From: Candidatus Bathyarchaeota archaeon
GTDB lineage: Archaea > Thermoproteota > Bathyarchaeia > 40CM-2-53-6 > RBG-13-38-9
Assembly: GCA_963807605.1 (NCBI GenBank)
Contig: CAWECG010000003.1
Coordinates: 96,001-160,000, forward strand
Direction of reading: 5' to 3'
Length of the DNA: 64,000 nucleotides
In this document: piece by piece, positions 50,501-59,551 of the stretch
Layout of the letters: the number at the start of each line of letters is the position of its first letter
Numbering within the stretch: position 1 is the first letter of the stretch
Notes under the pieces: model-generated
The model's database searches: none
Seen by the model: the letters and a program-made list of their open reading frames with translations, nothing else
Told to the model about the DNA's origin: nothing
Made by a program: the position numbers and the translations under genes

Positions 50501-50921
50501 ACCATCTTCCTCTACCATTATGCTTCTCCCAGCTGATATTCAAGCCAGGCTGGTTAGGATTGGAGGCGTTGGCAGGGCTAGATATATTAATATAAAAGTA
50601 GAGCGGGCCAGTCGACCCGGTCACCACTGATCCGTTTGGGGAATAGTATTGATACTGGGCAGAGATCGGCTGATAGAATAGTCCTGGACTCACATATGCG
50701 AGATGTCCTGCCTCGAAACCCTGAGCCACAGCGTAAGAATTGTTAGCATGCTGATCAGGCATAGTATTTGTTGGATTCCCCATAGGCGCCTCAGGACCAC
50801 TCACTCCTTGATGCCCTAATGTATAGTGTGCCGAGACCTGCTGAACACCAGCAACGGCCGACAAAACCAGGATAGTCAAGATAGTTGTTGCTGCCATGAT
50901 TCTAGTATTCAAATGATTCAT
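47559..50921 (-). CDS. Large secreted cell-surface glycoprotein with repeated beta-sandwich units and PEF-CTERM sorting signal
   Basis: Signal peptide; about six GLxPGxYxxxxxxxG[YF]-like units; many N-x-S/T sequons; C-terminal VPEFP-TM-RWRR. Confidence 0.85.
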   Translation of the reverse strand: MNHLNTRIMAATTILTILVLSAVAGVQQVSAHYTLGHQGVSGPEAPMGNPTNTMPDQHANNSYAVAQGFEAGHLAYVSPGLFYQPISAQYQYYSPNGSVVTGSTGPLYFYINISSPANASNPNQPGLNISWEKHNGRGRWLYIAIPPEFTPVAATPSKWRVVTSITSDYRFITTGRFNAAHPMAPNWWYIAISAPNVTDPTTQKSSNYLYSAGQDPFQDRQPYKKPDWRYGMYEIIAYDIQAPTTAGKYFFKVFYTKNLLPSDLYEQYESFPPENYPELVVKGEVDPGYITGTVRYAGHSSYYYGSYYGLGVNTPGKVFANGTALDPVTGQPTGRSVSGVGYFNATADGYYEIEGLAPGVYTLTACAAGFVPTTLATQVTVNTGQSVHGVDIYILPDSPFSLTVYSKCPTGPVDWPDYTTLGVRSKPGTAGLGEVGQLLATLYPPNPQPLKGWPFALYRVEIDDSDGIRLGWRDDYFNVSASPRNFTTFLGNPTGYSGVQTQWDGHVPDANAHFTCGLVPGQYYVNVWVFGYWQSVGPLQVNFPAVEFAGGVVSQFLDLYKGGTINATVHFHNQELPSADVAPIDNSPLVMEAWDSYGKIRAWNFTNIATAARRTPEMSLELLGYGTEPKTRNAPPSGMPEDTYTIKAYYAGYVQEQLPQVTVPYCTNASLSFHLIKGVNITTTVYSRDCQDPSQPVNWLHPPSPIRVYVFDSKNNWVAGGFYTQQNQVSGASTITFSGSNAFYGWQTSTADYLRDALVPTGLPTGIYTLDAYTIGYVQEQFPSVWAQQGSSGGDIPIYLLTGSEIDVTLDFKTELIPAPLPNDVYSFQFRINAYDVNGTLIAANITGVPVNTSRTVSQWPWSGNLNPAQPTGVQTWVFQLFGFGEFTSPENHLVTNGPGSSSASALAGGGLWYKSSFPGLYKKRFGYYSPFANYPSASKNRYSGDYRSYGIQPGTYTIVAEAWYPDYQGRYIQLSTVTATTTCEGKANVVFEMDLLSRLVGTVYTRNWQGDYLLASWQTTTVKGSNTTVNAWGPNDGTYYTYVTPDTYSVTTQGAGYKTAAKSVVATWGGVAGGQNFYLDESGVPVPEFPATGLVALVSALAASLFLLRWRRSATIPVR

Positions 50922-51006
50922 CCTTCTGTTTGCGAGCCTAGAGCTAGTCCAGCCATATATTACTAGTTACATGAGATCACATGCCACTATACGAATCTAT
51001 GAGAAT

Positions 51007-51381
51007 GATGCTGTTATGATAGCCCAAAATGTCCAGACAATGAAACATGATACTAGGCCTAAGCTCATCGAAAAAAATTAGCAGAATGAGTGAATTTGTG
51101 GCCAGAGTACGTGAAGATTCAATAGCAGCATTATACAGACGTGACTATATTGGTGCAGAGAAGATTTTTGTAAACATGAGTCACACTGAAACTTTAGAAA
51201 AAAGGGCATACACGAGATAAACAAACAGGGGATCGACTCAAGCCATATGTCGGCTTTGAGATTGATACTCAAGAGTCTGAGGCGAATAGGCGAGTGCGGG
51301 AGTGATGTGGCAGAGACGGTATTGAACTTGACAGCCACTGAGCTTCCGGGATCTAGCAACGCTCCTAAGCGTGCCGAATAA
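51007..51381 (+). pseudogene. 3' remnant of a paralogous AbrB-PhoU regulator
   Basis: DAVMIAQNV...KLIEK/ISRMSEF...LYRRDY.../EINKQ...SALRLILKSLRRIGE.GSDVAE.VLNLT aligns with the C-terminus of 57042-58085; two frameshifts. Confidence 0.85.
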
Positions 51382-51475
51382 TATTCATTTGTTGCGGTGT
51401 CTCCGATCTGTAGGGCTGTCTATTGCCCCCGCGTCTACATGTTAAGTAATGCATTTTGCTTTGTAAACCTAAGGT

Positions 51476-52321
51476 TCATTCGGTCCCTCTGACTTTCGTC
51501 TTGGACACCGCTCTAACCGTGATGTTGATACCGAGGACGACGAGTAATAGGACTAAAGCAGCTCCCCATGCGAAGGTATGGGAGTTCGCGTAGGGCGATG
51601 TACCGAAGTCGTACATGAGGACAGTCAGTGAGGCAGCTGGATCGTTTAGACTTGTCATAAGGAATTGGCTTCCCAGCGCAGTGAAGAGTAACGGCGCGGT
51701 CTCACCCATTACACGCGCCACAGCCAGAGCGATCCCTGTAACGATGCCGCTCCTTGCACTTCCCAATGTGATGAAGAGAAGAGTTTTCGTTCTTGAGATT
51801 CCTAGCGCCAATCCCCCCTCTCTTACCGATGCTGAGACAACTCTGAGAGACTCATGAGAGGATATAGTGACTACAGGGATCATGATGAAGCCTAGCGCAA
51901 TTCCGCCGCTCAGAGCTGAGAATCGATGTTGGGTTGCTACAACTAGCTCGTAAACCACTATACCTGTGACAATTGAAGGGACACCTGTCAAAACCTCAGA
52001 TAGAAGCCTGATTTCAGAGGTGAGCCGGCCCGGGTACTCTGAAAGATACGCTCCACCTAATATCCCCAAGGGGATACCTATCATCGAAGCGAGGGCAACC
52101 ATTACCAAGCTACCTTCCAAGGCGTTGAGTATTCCACCACCGGTTCCTCCGATTGGAGGCGTGATTCTGGTGAAGAAATTTAGAGTCAAAGCTACGTAGC
52201 CTCGTGCAATAGTCTCGTATAGAATCGAGATAAGTGGAACCAAGGCAATGATAAATGATGTTGAGGCAAGCACGACGTAAAGAGCGTTGGTGAATCTTCG
52301 TTTTCGCTCTAGACCAGGCAA
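51476..52321 (-). CDS. pstA: Phosphate ABC transporter permease PstA
   Basis: GVPSIV, EGGLALG and ARVMGETAPLL. Confidence 0.93.
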   Translation of the reverse strand: MPGLERKRRFTNALYVVLASTSFIIALVPLISILYETIARGYVALTLNFFTRITPPIGGTGGGILNALEGSLVMVALASMIGIPLGILGGAYLSEYPGRLTSEIRLLSEVLTGVPSIVTGIVVYELVVATQHRFSALSGGIALGFIMIPVVTISSHESLRVVSASVREGGLALGISRTKTLLFITLGSARSGIVTGIALAVARVMGETAPLLFTALGSQFLMTSLNDPAASLTVLMYDFGTSPYANSHTFAWGAALVLLLVVLGINITVRAVSKTKVRGTE

Positions 52322-52326
52322 GATTT

Positions 52327-53328
52327 CTACCTCTTGATTTCAAAGCTGAATCTTCTGATCACAATTCGACCTGCGAGGTTCATGAGGAAAGTAATTAGGA
52401 TTAGGATCAACCCCAGTTCGAAAAGCGAGGCTAAATAAATGTTATTTCCCGCCACTTCAGTAAATTCATTGGCTATGACGCTCGGAATCGTGTATGCTGG
52501 CAGGAAGAGAGACGGCGATATTCTGGGAACGTTACCGATGACCATTGTAACTGCCATTGTCTCACCAATAGCTCGTCCCATTGCGAGCACTATCGCAGCC
52601 ACGATTCCTGATCGAGCAAAGGGCAGCACACTTGTCCGAATAGTCTCCCAGTTGGTTCCGCCGAGCGCGAGTGCAGCTTCTCTTTGGCTATGTGGGACCG
52701 CAGCTATGACTTCGCGCATGACCGATGATCCGTAAGGAATTATCATAATCGCGAGAATTGTTCCTGCGGTTAGCATGCCAAGGCCGGAGGTTGGTCCTGT
52801 GAAGAATGGAAGAAAGCCAAGATTTCTTCCTAGTTGGGGGTCTATGTAGTCACGCATGAAGGGTACAAGAACCAGGAGACCCCAGAGTCCATATACAACG
52901 CTGGGCACAGCTGCAAGCAACTCCACGATGAGAACAGAAGGAAGCTGTAAGCGCCGAGGGGTCGGTGGCTCAGACTGAAACAAAGCCACGCCGAGACTGA
53001 TGGGAACTGCAAGCATCAACGCGATCACTGTTGTTACGATTGACCCGTAGATTGCTGGTAGAGCGCCAAGCGACGGAGGTCCTCCGCTGGCAGGATTGGG
53101 TGTCCAATCTGTTCCAACTACGAATTGTAATCCGAACGCTCGAAACGCATCTAAGCTTCCGCTTGTAAGCGCATAAATTACAAATACTCCAATGAGGGGA
53201 ACTGAAAATGCTGTCACCATAACTAGTAGACGGAAAAAATCTGGGAAATGAATGGTCGACTTGGAGCGTTGCTTTGCCTGGGGCGTTGTGGAAGAAATCG
53301 TTGTCAAGAGCGCGCCAGCTTCTTGCAT
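52327..53328 (-). CDS. pstC: Phosphate ABC transporter permease PstC
   Basis: ELLAAVPSVVYGLWG, EAALALG and GRAIGETMAV. Confidence 0.93.
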   Translation of the reverse strand: MQEAGALLTTISSTTPQAKQRSKSTIHFPDFFRLLVMVTAFSVPLIGVFVIYALTSGSLDAFRAFGLQFVVGTDWTPNPASGGPPSLGALPAIYGSIVTTVIALMLAVPISLGVALFQSEPPTPRRLQLPSVLIVELLAAVPSVVYGLWGLLVLVPFMRDYIDPQLGRNLGFLPFFTGPTSGLGMLTAGTILAIMIIPYGSSVMREVIAAVPHSQREAALALGGTNWETIRTSVLPFARSGIVAAIVLAMGRAIGETMAVTMVIGNVPRISPSLFLPAYTIPSVIANEFTEVAGNNIYLASLFELGLILILITFLMNLAGRIVIRRFSFEIKR

Positions 53329-53347
53329 ATTGGGTTTTCTATAGCTT

Positions 53348-53722
53348 TTATTCTTCTCTGATTATGTATGGGCAGATGTGTGGGTGGCAGTCTCTCTTCT
53401 TTGTCCTGCAGAATCCGTCTTTGCTGTGTCTGCATATCTGCTTGAGCTTGGTGAAAGTCGATGTGACAAGGCTCGTGTAGCGTCCTTTTAGGGTGAGGTT
53501 AATATGTTGTGTAAGTTTTGGAGTTAAACAGTAGCTGTATTCTGGTCTACCACGCCTATTTTCGGCTTTTTCTGATCTTTGAACTAGGCCCTCATCCATC
53601 AAGTCTTTCCGGTAACGCTTCAACGTATTATGAGAGAGCCCACCTTTGGCCAGGATCTCCTTGAAAGTCTTTGATGAGTCATCTTTCAAGGAGTCTAGAA
53701 TAAGCTGATCAAAGGAGTCCAT
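53348..53722 (-). CDS. Winged-HTH protein with C-terminal Cys4 cluster
   Basis: LSHNTL...GRP.Y.Y HTH/wing; CR....GFC......C....CP tail. Confidence 0.75.
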   Translation of the reverse strand: MDSFDQLILDSLKDDSSKTFKEILAKGGLSHNTLKRYRKDLMDEGLVQRSEKAENRRGRPEYSYCLTPKLTQHINLTLKGRYTSLVTSTFTKLKQICRHSKDGFCRTKKRDCHPHICPYIIREE

Positions 53723-53795
53723 ACCATTAAGATATGAAAACATGGATATTAAAAAAACCGTTTTTAGCCATTTTAGCAAGAGGCTTGCGCGCTCT

Positions 53796-55031
53796 CTACC
53801 CCGTTATCAACTGGGCGCCGTTGAAGGTCAGTGAGAGTAGTAGCTTTTCGTCAGCTGCCACTATATTTGCTGGTAGAGGAACGTAGATCAGAGCAGGCGC
53901 ATACTGTTGGCCGTCGTGTATTGCCCACCAGAAGAATTTTGCTAAAGCTTGTGCCTTCACGTTGTTCATGCTTGGATTCGTGGACATCTCGTGGTAAAAC
54001 AGAAGATAAGTATAAGTCGCAATTGGATATGATTCAGCGCCCTGTGCGTTGACTATGTGTAGGCGAAGGTCGCTCCAGTTGGGGGTTCCTGTGGCATTTT
54101 CTGCTGCATATGCAATTGTCTGCAATGTTGGGACAACGAAGTTTTCTGCAGCGTTTTTTACGGCCCCTACTCCCAGGTTTTGGCTGACCGCATAAATGAC
54201 ATCGACGTATCCTATCGCTCCAGGGATGTTCGATACGGCTCCTGCTACTCCTGCATTACCCTTGGCCCCGACACCATTCGCTGTCTTGTCAACTGGCCAT
54301 GTCACTGAAGTGCTTCTGCCTACTATCTGTTTCCAATCGGGATTTACCGTTGAAAGGAAGTCTGTGAAAGCATAAGTTGTCCCGCTACCGTCAGACCTAT
54401 GCACTGCGGTTATTGTTGCGTCAGGCAGCTTCAGACCTGGATTGACCTGTTGAAGTGTAGGCGCGTCCCACTTAGTAATTCGACCTCGGTAGATGTCCGC
54501 AAGTATGGCCCCTGTGAAATTGATGTGTATGCTATTTGACACGCCGCTAGGCACTAGGTTGTACGTTATTGCTACGCCACCTAGCGTTTCAGGCATTAAG
54601 ACTATGCCTGTGGCATTAGCTAGCTGAGTGTCGGACAGGGGTGCGTCCGATGCTCCGAAGTCTACCGTCTTCTTAGTAATTTGCTGTATTCCTCCGCCGC
54701 TCCCGATAGGGTTGTAGTTTATTTTTACTGATGGGTTGAGTGTGTTGTACTGCACTGTCCAATTTTGGATGAGTGGTGCTGGAAATGTGGCTCCGGCACC
54801 TTGCAACATGACAGATTGATTCCCTCCTGACGAGGTCGATGGTGTAGACATAGTGTTCGTAGGCACAGTGCTCGTAAACGTTGTTGTCGGAGACTCGGTA
54901 CTGGTCTGCATACCGGGTTTGTACTGATATTCAAATGCGCCTGCGATTATCGCAACTGCTACAATAACGATAACTGCAAGCCGAGTAAGATTTCGCTTTG
55001 TCAGATTTCCCTTTGTCTCTTTGTTTGACAA
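53796..55031 (-). CDS. pstS: Phosphate-binding protein PstS, N-terminally membrane anchored
   Basis: GAGATFP, GSGGG, DFGASD and RSDGSGTT; TM helix plus Thr/Ser linker. Confidence 0.95.
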   Translation of the reverse strand: MSNKETKGNLTKRNLTRLAVIVIVAVAIIAGAFEYQYKPGMQTSTESPTTTFTSTVPTNTMSTPSTSSGGNQSVMLQGAGATFPAPLIQNWTVQYNTLNPSVKINYNPIGSGGGIQQITKKTVDFGASDAPLSDTQLANATGIVLMPETLGGVAITYNLVPSGVSNSIHINFTGAILADIYRGRITKWDAPTLQQVNPGLKLPDATITAVHRSDGSGTTYAFTDFLSTVNPDWKQIVGRSTSVTWPVDKTANGVGAKGNAGVAGAVSNIPGAIGYVDVIYAVSQNLGVGAVKNAAENFVVPTLQTIAYAAENATGTPNWSDLRLHIVNAQGAESYPIATYTYLLFYHEMSTNPSMNNVKAQALAKFFWWAIHDGQQYAPALIYVPLPANIVAADEKLLLSLTFNGAQLITG

Positions 55032-55062
55032 ATTCTTTCATCTCAACAATTCTAATGAGCGC

Positions 55063-55137
55063 CACTATTTGTTCAGATCTATTTGTATAGATCTCACAGA
55101 ATCTATATGCCTCAAATGTAGATATATGATCTATATG
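55063..55137. promoter_or_regulatory. Candidate phosphate-regulon operator array in the pstS/pstB divergent promoter
   Basis: Palindrome AGATCTAT-TTGT-ATAGATCT (55075-55094); ATCTATATG at 55101 and 55129; ATCTATTTG at 55077. Confidence 0.55.
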
Positions 55138-55189
55138 CAATAAGTTGAACTAGAATTCATTTCCCCAAGAAGGGTAACGGTTAACCTTT

Positions 55190-56018
55190 ATGACAAGCCA
55201 ACTCACTTTTGTAGAGGAGAGCGAAAGCAATCTGGACAGCGCGGTCACACTCGACAGTCTGAAATCAAAATTGTCGGTTGAGGGGCTAACAGCAGGCTTT
55301 GGAAGGAAGACTGCAGTGGAGGGTGTCACGATCGCCTTCAACGAGAATCTTGTTACAGCCATAATCGGCCCTTCTGGATGTGGAAAGTCAACACTAATTC
55401 GCTGTTTAAATAGGATGCAGGAGGTAACGCCCGGCGCTTGGGTTAAAGGTCGAGTGCTGCTGGATGGTGAGGATGTTTACGCTGACAACGTAGATCCAGT
55501 TAGCGTGCGTCGAAGAATCGGGATGGTTTTTCAGCGACCCAATCCATTCCCTACAATGTCAATCTACGACAATGTCGCGGTGGGGCTAAGACTTAATGGA
55601 GTAAGAGACCGCAAATTGATCTCTGAGAAGGTTGAGGAGAACCTCAAGAAGGCCTTTCTGTGGGACGAGATTGGAGACCAACTCCACGAATCTGGAGCAA
55701 GCATTTCGGGCGGTCAGCAACAGAGACTATGTATCGCACGGGCTCTCAGCGATCGAACCTGAGGTAATACTGATGGACGAGCCGTGCTCATCACTAGATC
55801 CAGTGGCCACTGCAAAGATTGAAGAACTTATCATAAAACTGAAGGAGAATTACACAATAATCACCGTCACTCATAACATGCAGCAGGCCGCCAGAATATC
55901 AGATTTGACAGGTCTCATGTACTTGGGAAGATTAATCGAGTATGGGTCGACTCGGCAGATATTCTCGAAACCAAGCAACGAGCTTACCGAGCGATACATC
56001 AGCGGAAAGTTCGGGTGA
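55190..56018 (+). pseudogene. pstB: Phosphate ABC transporter ATPase PstB with a +1 frameshift (pseudogene or sequence error)
   Basis: GPSGCGKST and SGGQQQR in ORF1; ILMDEP and VTHN in ORF2. One extra base near 55748 breaks ARALAIEPE. Confidence 0.85.
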
Positions 56019-56021
56019 TAA

Positions 56022-56651
56022 GTGTTACCGCGATTAATGGATATGGGATTGGATAGGCTCTCCAACGCAATAACAGACATGGCCAACCTCGCGGAAGAGT
56101 CTGTAGTCAAGGCGATTCAAGCCTATGCCAGTGGCGAGGGCGTACGTGAGGAGGCGTATAACCGTGCCAACCAGCTTTCCTTACTAGGTTCTGAGGTGGA
56201 AGATTTGGCTGTCGAACTTCTAGCCCGGTATCAGCCTGTTTCCATGGATCTACGGTTCGTAAAATCCTGCTTGGAGATCGCTTACGGTTTCTCCAGGTTC
56301 GGCCGATACGCCTACGACATCGCCCAAGTACTCACATTGTATGGGGACCTTTCCGAGTGCGACAAATCCTTCCTGAAAGACCTAAGTGACAAAGTCATCA
56401 GCATGATCAAAACAAGCATCAGGTCATTTAATTCAAGAGATGAAAAGTTGGCACGATCCCTTCGGAACGCCGATGATGAGGTGGATAGAACATATCTCCA
56501 ATATATGAAAGCCCTTTCCGATTCAAATTCGATCTCTCTGAAATGCGCTGTGGCATCTACGCTAGTGTTGAGATACCTTGAGCGAATCGCTGACCATGCA
56601 TGTTATATTGGCGATTCAGTGATATACATTACAACTGGCAGTAAGGCGTGA
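56022..56651 (+). CDS. phoU: Phosphate signalling protein PhoU
   Basis: ARYQP.S.DLR, DDEVD and YLERIADHA. Confidence 0.9.
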   Translation: MLPRLMDMGLDRLSNAITDMANLAEESVVKAIQAYASGEGVREEAYNRANQLSLLGSEVEDLAVELLARYQPVSMDLRFVKSCLEIAYGFSRFGRYAYDIAQVLTLYGDLSECDKSFLKDLSDKVISMIKTSIRSFNSRDEKLARSLRNADDEVDRTYLQYMKALSDSNSISLKCAVASTLVLRYLERIADHACYIGDSVIYITTGSKA

Positions 56652-57041
56652 TTTCGCAGAGAAAGGGCAGCGCATGCCGACGTAAGATGCGCACATGTTA
56701 TGTTCTCTATATGCTGCGAATTGCCGCTAAAGGAAAAACTAGCCCACTGTGAATCGTACACAGACGCGTAGCACTCCTTGCGCATGTACCGACCTCAAAT
56801 AGACTAATCACACATCCAGTCACCAGCAGGATCACGGTAATCCGGAGAACAACATCCAGACCACCAACGAAGGCAGTGCGCAGCGAAACGCATACTCAAA
56901 GTAGTTATGGGTCCTAGTTAAGTGGGGTCGAACAACAAGGGCGCTTCGGTTCTAGCGCCCGCTAATGTCAATTATGACCCAGTCAGATGCATGCTGTCTG
57001 ATTAGCGTTCTTTGAGGCAAGCGAATCAAAGTCGCTAGGCT

Positions 57042-58085
57042 CTAGGGAGGTTCATCGACGGTCAAGTTCAATACTACCTCAGCAACATCGGTCCCGTACT
57101 CTCCCACGCGTCTCAAACTTTCGAGTATTAATCGTAAAGCCGACACATCGATTGGCTCAACCTTCTGTTTGTTGACTTCAAGTATAGCCTCACGTTCTAA
57201 TGCTTCAACCTGGTTCATCCTTTTCAAAACATCTTCCGCTGAGTTGTAGTCACGCTTATAGAGCGCTGTCATTGAATCTTCAAAGATCTTGAAAGTAAAC
57301 TCACTCATTTTAGTGATCTTCTCGATCAGTCTTGGCGTAGGAGTCTGTTTCAACGTCCGAACGTTTTCAGCTATCAGGACTGCATGGTCTGCGCTCCTTT
57401 CAACACTCTTTGTGACTAGTCGGTATCCAATGATGTCCCTTCCTGAGCCGAGTCCAACCTGTTGAATGGCTGATCTGTTTTGTACCGCGGTCTTAAGCTG
57501 TCGGACAATGTAAAAGCCGAATCTGTCCACTTCATCATCCATTTTTAGTACTTCGTCGGCCAGAGCAGGTTTGTTTTCCACCAGAGCTGATATGGCGTCC
57601 CTGAGCATAGAGAGTGCAATTATAACCATTCTTCGTAACGCATTTTCGACAGAGAGTTCTGGATAGCTTATAAGAACTTGAAGAGCTATCTCGTTGGGCG
57701 ACTCAGTCACCACCTCTGTGCCAACCAACTTCTTTCTAACAAAATCCCTTGCATAATCCGACTGGGCTGTATCAAACCTTGCCCGAATTGCTTTCAATCT
57801 GATAAAATTGAAACCTGTAAGGTAAAGAGATACTATTCTTCGGGCAAGGGACACCGGACTCATGTTATCCGGAACAACGATTATCGTCTCCTCCGGTTTT
57901 ATCTTCTTGAGCTTTGTTCTAGCGGTTATGCGGAGCGAACCGTCATCTTCAGTCGAGAAGACAACCTGTTCTCCACGGTCGAGATGTCGTTCCTTAACCC
58001 AATTCTTCGGAAGCGAGACTATGTACGAACCTCGGCCTGTAACTTGAATTCTTCTTACGTCTCCGGGTTTCTCATCTGCGTTCAC
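57042..58085 (-). CDS. Archaeal AbrB-PhoU phosphate uptake regulator
   Basis: RRIQVTGRGSYIVSLPKNW AbrB domain plus PhoU repeats (DDEVDR, ERSADH). Confidence 0.9.
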   Translation of the reverse strand: MNADEKPGDVRRIQVTGRGSYIVSLPKNWVKERHLDRGEQVVFSTEDDGSLRITARTKLKKIKPEETIIVVPDNMSPVSLARRIVSLYLTGFNFIRLKAIRARFDTAQSDYARDFVRKKLVGTEVVTESPNEIALQVLISYPELSVENALRRMVIIALSMLRDAISALVENKPALADEVLKMDDEVDRFGFYIVRQLKTAVQNRSAIQQVGLGSGRDIIGYRLVTKSVERSADHAVLIAENVRTLKQTPTPRLIEKITKMSEFTFKIFEDSMTALYKRDYNSAEDVLKRMNQVEALEREAILEVNKQKVEPIDVSALRLILESLRRVGEYGTDVAEVVLNLTVDEPP

Positions 58086-58600
58086 AATTAGTTACCTTCA
58101 TTTCTTGTCGGTGTTGATTCTGTCTTACACACATCTAGCATGAGTTACAGTACCGACGTTGCGATCGGTCGCATATCAATGTGACGTATATAGATATCGT
58201 ACCATTCACATGTATCATTTACAAGTAACATATCAGGGAACGAATTAGTTGGAAACAACGTAAAGTTACAATGGAACAGAATAAAGAGAAGAATCCGGCA
58301 CATGGAGATAGACAAGAATCTTGGCGTGTGAGAATTTCTTCAACTGTTCTTGACATTGACTTTCCTTGGCAAGAGTAGACAGATCGCTGCAGTTGTGACT
58401 GCAAGACGGATGTTGCAGCATACCTTTCTCCAGTCCCCAGTGATCCTCGGCAGTCCAAGAATAATGGAGCCCAGACTCCACCGCCACTTTCCAAACCTGA
58501 AAAGCATCCCCAATGTGTGCTTATTGATTCCTTGGAAACATGATCTCCGATAACAGCGAAAAGTAAGTATGTAACCACACTGTAGATTGGTTAGATCGTT

Positions 58601-58789
58601 ATGTGCGAGTTTCAAGTCTATCTAGGCTCCGAGAAGGTTTTCGAAGGAGCAGTCTACGCAAATGCATCTGGAAGTCAGGTATCTGTCAAAGACATCCTAG
58701 GAATATCGAAGAAGATTGAGAACGCCAAGATAGTAGAGGTCGACGTCACATCTGAGAGGCTCATCTTATCCGCTCTCGCAAACCCCTGA
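58601..58789 (+). CDS. CooT-family nickel-binding protein
   Basis: MCE N-terminus, DILG motif, 62 aa. Confidence 0.8.
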   Translation: MCEFQVYLGSEKVFEGAVYANASGSQVSVKDILGISKKIENAKIVEVDVTSERLILSALANP

Positions 58790-58983
58790 ATGTCAAGAAA
58801 TAATCAACTTTGACCATTCTGATTTTGCTGAGAGAACCTTTAGCTCAAGTAGGAGTCATCTAGATGTTTCGAGAAGATGTGACTGCCCCGCATGAACTAA
58901 GTCCTGGCGGTGCTTTTAGTCACCCTTATATATGATGGGGAAAAATCTTCAGCAAACTTGTCACCGTGTAGTATGGGGTCGCA

Positions 58984-59172
58984 TTGTTGAGTGAGCTTAA
59001 GACGGCTAAGATGCCAGATTGCAACTGGTGTGGCAGAATAATACTTCCAGGTGAAGCAGCTGTAAAGTTCTCATGTCCCAGCTGCGGTGATGTCATGATC
59101 TGGCGCTGCGAAAAATGCAGATTGTTCGGTAGAGACTACAAGTGTCCTAAGTGCGGATCAATCGGACCCTGA
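58984..59172 (+). CDS. Zinc-finger protein (DUF1610/HVO_2753-like)
   Basis: Four CxxC motifs, ends GP; directly upstream of EF-1beta. Confidence 0.88.
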   Translation: MLSELKTAKMPDCNWCGRIILPGEAAVKFSCPSCGDVMIWRCEKCRLFGRDYKCPKCGSIGP

Positions 59173-59183
59173 GAGGCATCAAC

Positions 59184-59453
59184 ATGGCCAAGGTATTAGC
59201 CGCAATCAAGATATTCCCTTCAAACCCATCAGATGACCTTTCACAATTAAAGGCTCAGATAGAGAAGAATCTCCCAAAGGACGTCTCGATTCTAAAATAT
59301 CAAGAGGAGCCCATAGCCTTCGGGCTTGTTGCGCTGATAGCTAATGTGCTGATGCCGGAAGAGGTCAGCGGCAAGATGGATGAGGTGGAAGAGCGTCTAA
59401 AATCGACTGAAGGCGTCAGCGAGATACAGGTAATGTCGGTTACTCGAACCTAA
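59184..59453 (+). CDS. ef1b: Elongation factor 1-beta
   Basis: EPIAFGLVAL; start corrected to MAKV. Confidence 0.93.
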   Translation: MAKVLAAIKIFPSNPSDDLSQLKAQIEKNLPKDVSILKYQEEPIAFGLVALIANVLMPEEVSGKMDEVEERLKSTEGVSEIQVMSVTRT

Positions 59454-59551
59454 AGTGCAACCTTCGGCCCTATTTCAAAACCTCATTCTGTTACTTTAAG
59501 TAACACTTATAAGCTCATAGAGCAGTTACTGGAAGCGACAGGCAGTTTATC

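Noticed and set aside
56652-57041. ncRNA between the convergent phoU genes
   Set aside because: Only short hairpins (e.g. GGGCGCT...AGCGCCC), compatible with terminators or chance.
58219-58578. TauE/SafE-like transporter remnant
   Set aside because: Only a faint GGG...AATS resemblance, too weak without a profile search.
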